Part shown: positions 38,580-41,742 of the stretch, piece by piece
How positions within the stretch are numbered: the first letter of the stretch is position 1
Layout: the number at the start of each line of letters is the position of its first letter
DNA from: Candidatus Hydrogenedentota bacterium
GTDB taxonomy: Bacteria > Hydrogenedentota > Hydrogenedentia > Hydrogenedentales > SLHB01
Direction of reading: 5' to 3'
Length of the DNA: 41,742 bases
NCBI GenBank assembly: GCA_034408725.1
Contig: JAWXCN010000019.1
Coordinates: 1-41,742, forward strand
The notes under the pieces: generated by a model
What the model was told of the DNA's origin: nothing
Seen by the model: only the letters and a program-made list of their open reading frames with translations
Databases searched by the model: none
Translations under genes and position numbers: made by a program

Positions 38580-38840
38580 GGTTGCCTTCTTACCGAGTCC
38601 CCGGAACCATTCCGGTGTTGCTATCTAAGACACCCCGCCACGTCATTTCGTTTACGGGGTAGCCCCTTGTTCCCGGTCACAAACACCGATTCGGGTATCG
38701 ATGTTCCCCTCAGCGGTTTATGACCTGCTATCGTTATACAATCCCATGCGCATCCAAAAAGTTCCCCCGTTTTGATGTAAGTAGTTCAATTAAAACGAGT
38801 AAGAAGAACACGGAATACTCGAAGTCGCGAAAGCGGGTAG

Positions 38841-39863
38841 CTAGAAAAGCCGGCCTTGCGGCTCCTGGGGTTGGACAAAACCGAAGTGTTTGTAGCCGAG
38901 CGGGGTTGCCACGCGGCCTTGGGGAGTGCGTTTCATGAAGCCGATTTGAATCAGGAATGGTTCGTGAACTTCTTCAAGCGTTTGCGCTTCTTCACCAACG
39001 GCGACAGCCAGTGACGACAATCCGACAGGACCACCGCTGAATTTTTCGATGACGGTGCGCACGATCAGTTTGTCCATGTCATCAAGACCGAGTTCATCGA
39101 TCCGCATAAGCCTGAGCGCGGCGTCCGCGATGGGTTTCGTGATCGCGCCATCGCCTTTCACCTGGGCGTAGTCGCGGACGCGGCGCAAGAGCCTGTTTGC
39201 GATGCGCGCGGTGCCGCGTGATCGCGAGGCGACCTCGAGTGCGCCGTCGCTGTCGATGGGCACGTTCAGAATGCGGGCGGACCGTTGAACGATGGCTTCG
39301 AGTTCTTCGGGGTTGTAGAACTCGAAGCGGCAGGTGTCGCCGAAGCGCGCGCGCAACGGCGGTGTCAGCAAACCCGACCGGGTCGTTGCGCCGATGAGCG
39401 TGAAAGGTTTGAGTCCGATTTTCAGCGAACGCGCCGTCGGTCCTTTACCGAGCATGATATCGACGTCGAAATCTTCCATGGCGGAATAGAGCGTCTCTTC
39501 GACTGCATGGTTCAGACGATGGCATTCATCAATGAACAGGACGTCGAACTCTTCGAGTCCGGTGAGGATTGCGCTGAGGTCCGCTTGACGTTCGATAACC
39601 GGGCCCGAGGTGGATTTGAAATCGACGCCCATCTCGTTCGCGATAATCTTCGCAAGCGTAGTTTTGCCCAAGCCCGGCGGACCGGATAGCAACAAATGGT
39701 CAAGCGGTTCCTTGCGGGCGCGCGCCGCAAGGATGGCGATGCGGAGTTTTTCCTTGATGGGTTCCTGGCCGGGGAAATCATCGAGACGCTGCGGCCGGAT
39801 TTGATCATCGTATTGGATATCGTCGCCGGTAGGTTCTACGCTCAGAATTTCTTCGTTGTCCAT
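38841..39863 (-). CDS. ruvB: Holliday junction branch migration helicase RuvB
   Basis: [69 protein letters not shown]. Confidence 0.98.
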   Translation of the reverse strand: MDNEEILSVEPTGDDIQYDDQIRPQRLDDFPGQEPIKEKLRIAILAARARKEPLDHLLLSGPPGLGKTTLAKIIANEMGVDFKSTSGPVIERQADLSAILTGLEEFDVLFIDECHRLNHAVEETLYSAMEDFDVDIMLGKGPTARSLKIGLKPFTLIGATTRSGLLTPPLRARFGDTCRFEFYNPEELEAIVQRSARILNVPIDSDGALEVASRSRGTARIANRLLRRVRDYAQVKGDGAITKPIADAALRLMRIDELGLDDMDKLIVRTVIEKFSGGPVGLSSLAVAVGEEAQTLEEVHEPFLIQIGFMKRTPQGRVATPLGYKHFGFVQPQEPQGRLF

Positions 39864-39866
39864 GCG

Positions 39867-40466
39867 CTAGACCTTCGCCATCGAGCGCAGCGCGGCTTTG
39901 ACCAACGCTTCGTCGGTGGCGTCGTTGCCCAATTGTTTGCGCGCGGCAGTAGCGGCCCGCTTGGCTTCGTTGATGGTGCAGCCAAGCGAGCACAGCGCGG
40001 CAATGACGTCGTCGGATTCAGTTACGGTATCTTGTGTTTCGCCGAGGATCGCGCTGAGTTCGGCGTCCTGACCGAGTTTGGCCTTCATTTCAAGGATGAT
40101 GCGTTGCGCGCCTTTTTTGCCAATGCCGCTGATGCGCGTGAAGGCGGTGACGTCGCTGTCGAGGACGGCACGGCCAAACTGTTGCACGCTCATGCCGGAG
40201 AGGACGGTCAGGGCGACCTTGGGCCCAATGCCGCTGATGGACAGCAGCGTGACAAACAGGGCTTTTTCTTCTTCGCGAAGGAAGCCAAAGATTTGGAATG
40301 TATCTTCGCGGATATGGCAGTAAGTGAGCAAGGTCGTTTCGGAGTCAATGATCAAACGCCGATGCACGCCGTCGGGCACGTTTACGGCATATCCGACGCC
40401 GTTAACATCCAATTCGATTGCGCCGGCGGGCTTGCGCGCGACGATTCCCCGTAGAAAGGCAAACAT
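39867..40466 (-). CDS. ruvA: Holliday junction branch migration protein RuvA
   Basis: LRG, DVNGVGY, HIRED...FGF, SGIGPKVAL, GIGKKGAQRIILE, ALCSLG. Confidence 0.96.
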   Translation of the reverse strand: MFAFLRGIVARKPAGAIELDVNGVGYAVNVPDGVHRRLIIDSETTLLTYCHIREDTFQIFGFLREEEKALFVTLLSISGIGPKVALTVLSGMSVQQFGRAVLDSDVTAFTRISGIGKKGAQRIILEMKAKLGQDAELSAILGETQDTVTESDDVIAALCSLGCTINEAKRAATAARKQLGNDATDEALVKAALRSMAKV

Positions 40467-40554
40467 GATGCGTATGGTAATGCGTGCGGCGTGCGTTTTC
40501 CAGAATACGCAGAGCGACAGCGAGTCCGCGCATTGAGATGAGCATGGGTACGAA

Positions 40555-40611
40555 GACCGCCACCGATTTGGCTATCGCCCAAATCGGTGACAGTCCCCTT
40601 CGCGTAGTTGC
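40555..40611. repeat. REP-like hairpin element, copy B
   Basis: GACCGCCACCGATTTGG-loop-CCAAATCGGTGACAGTCCCCTTCGCGTAGTTGC. Confidence 0.7.
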
Positions 40612-40613
40612 TT

Positions 40614-41276
40614 TTATTCGTCGAGGTTGTTTTCGTATTCTTCGCGATCAGAAATGATGTCGATGGAACCGCCGGAAACCTGCAAATACGCGAGGCTAAG
40701 CATGACGGCGGCGATAGGCGCTGTGATGAGCAGGCCTATACCGCATGCAAGCGCTCCGGCGATGATCAGGAGTAGGAATACGAGAAAGAGCGGGAGCCAA
40801 GCTCCGAGGTCGGCCATGATGGTCTGGCGGCTCGATTCCAAAGACTTCCAGAAATCATACTTTCGATCGGACATGAAAAGATAAGTGAGCAGGTAGATCA
40901 TTAATGCGAATAGGCCCGGAAGTACGCAGAGGACCGTTCCAATACCTACCAGCACCGAGATAAAAAGGTTCGCGAGGAATGCGTGGAGAAAGTTTTGAAA
41001 CCCGTCGAACAGGTTGGTGATTTGGACAGATTGGCCGCGGGCGGCACGGAGCGCCATTCCGTAATACCCCAAAAGCAATGGCCCACTGAGAATGAGTTGC
41101 CCCAAGCTACGCGCCCAATTTCCGAGGACCATATAACAAAGCCAATTGAATAGACCCTGGATCAGCGCAAAAAGCAAAACGCCGCCGATGAGGGGCAACG
41201 CGTTGTTCTGAACGATCTGCCAGCTTTTTTGAACGAGCGCGGCGATATCGAAATTGGGTCGGGCTGGGATTCCCAT
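40614..41276 (-). CDS. Integral membrane protein (DUF975-like)
   Basis: GPLLLGY, NLFDGF, G..LCVLPG, FWKSLESS, G.LACGIGLLIT.P; 4-5 TM segments; SD AAGGAG before MGIP. Confidence 0.75.
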   Translation of the reverse strand: MGIPARPNFDIAALVQKSWQIVQNNALPLIGGVLLFALIQGLFNWLCYMVLGNWARSLGQLILSGPLLLGYYGMALRAARGQSVQITNLFDGFQNFLHAFLANLFISVLVGIGTVLCVLPGLFALMIYLLTYLFMSDRKYDFWKSLESSRQTIMADLGAWLPLFLVFLLLIIAGALACGIGLLITAPIAAVMLSLAYLQVSGGSIDIISDREEYENNLDE

Positions 41277-41399
41277 GGTCGAACTCCTTCGCTTTGTTTT
41301 GGCCACCGAGACCTCACACACGGAGAGTATCCCAAAGTCCGCATAGTCCTTCAATGTGCAGGTGGCTATAATGGGCAGACAGATTACAGGAGCAGGTGC

Positions 41400-41742
41400 A
41401 TGTTACTGCAAGGGAAAACGGCCCTCATTACCGGCGCGGGCCGCGGAATTGGGCACGGAATTGCGATAGCGTTCGCGGAACAGGGTTGCGACATTGCGGC
41501 GGCAGCGCGGACCGCGGATGAAGTCAATGCGACGGTAGACGCGGTGAAACGCGCGGGCCGGAAGGCGTTGGCGCTGGTTTCCGACGTGTCGAATCCGCAC
41601 GATGTGCGTTCGATGACGGACGACACACTTCGCGCGTTCGGCCACATTGACATTCTCGTGAACAACGCGGGCTATGCGAGTTTCAAACCATTTATCGAAC
41701 TGTCGCTTAAAGAATGGCAACAAACCATCGATGTTAATTTGA
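41400..41742 (+). CDS. SDR-family oxidoreductase, truncated by the window end (absent from the ORF track)
   Basis: Manual translation from ATG 41400: MLLQGKTALITGAGRGIG...DVS...FGHIDILVNNAG; SD AGGAG; TATAAT at 41367-41372. Confidence 0.92.
   Translation, partial: MLLQGKTALITGAGRGIGHGIAIAFAEQGCDIAAAARTADEVNATVDAVKRAGRKALALVSDVSNPHDVRSMTDDTLRAFGHIDILVNNAGYASFKPFIELSLKEWQQTIDVNL

Noticed and set aside
41384-41723. Minus-strand ORFs 41384-41665 and 41403-41723
   Set aside because: Antisense to the clear SDR gene starting at 41400

Overview
A GC-rich, gene-dense bacterial chromosomal window made mostly of housekeeping and envelope genes. The DUF1549/DUF1553 + DUF1501 pair, PmoA-like protein and GS III suggest a PVC- or Hydrogenedentes-like lineage (inference only). 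In order: a membrane-anchored TIR protein; a pectate-lyase-like protein; a MacAB-TolC-type exporter followed by a 70-aa hydrophobic peptide ORF; a minus-strand Fe-S block (sufBCDSU-GNAT-nadA-M16 peptidase-DUF1858 fusion-iscA); a multidomain metallophosphoesterase; a nested REP/MITE hot spot; an XRE-HTH/degenerate nucleotidyl-cyclase regulator coupled to ahcY; glutamine synthetase III; DUF1549/1553 + DUF1501; an esterase; exported MsrB-MsrA; a tandem REP array; an internally duplicated secreted protein; a nitroreductase; PilZ; ruvAB; a membrane protein; and a truncated SDR. No rRNA, tRNA, CRISPR array or transposase was seen. The best novelty candidates are the XRE-pseudocyclase regulator of ahcY, the leader-bearing peptide behind the exporter, the DUF1858 fusion/iscA unit and a 166-bp MITE. 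All family calls come from visual motif recognition; no database search was run.
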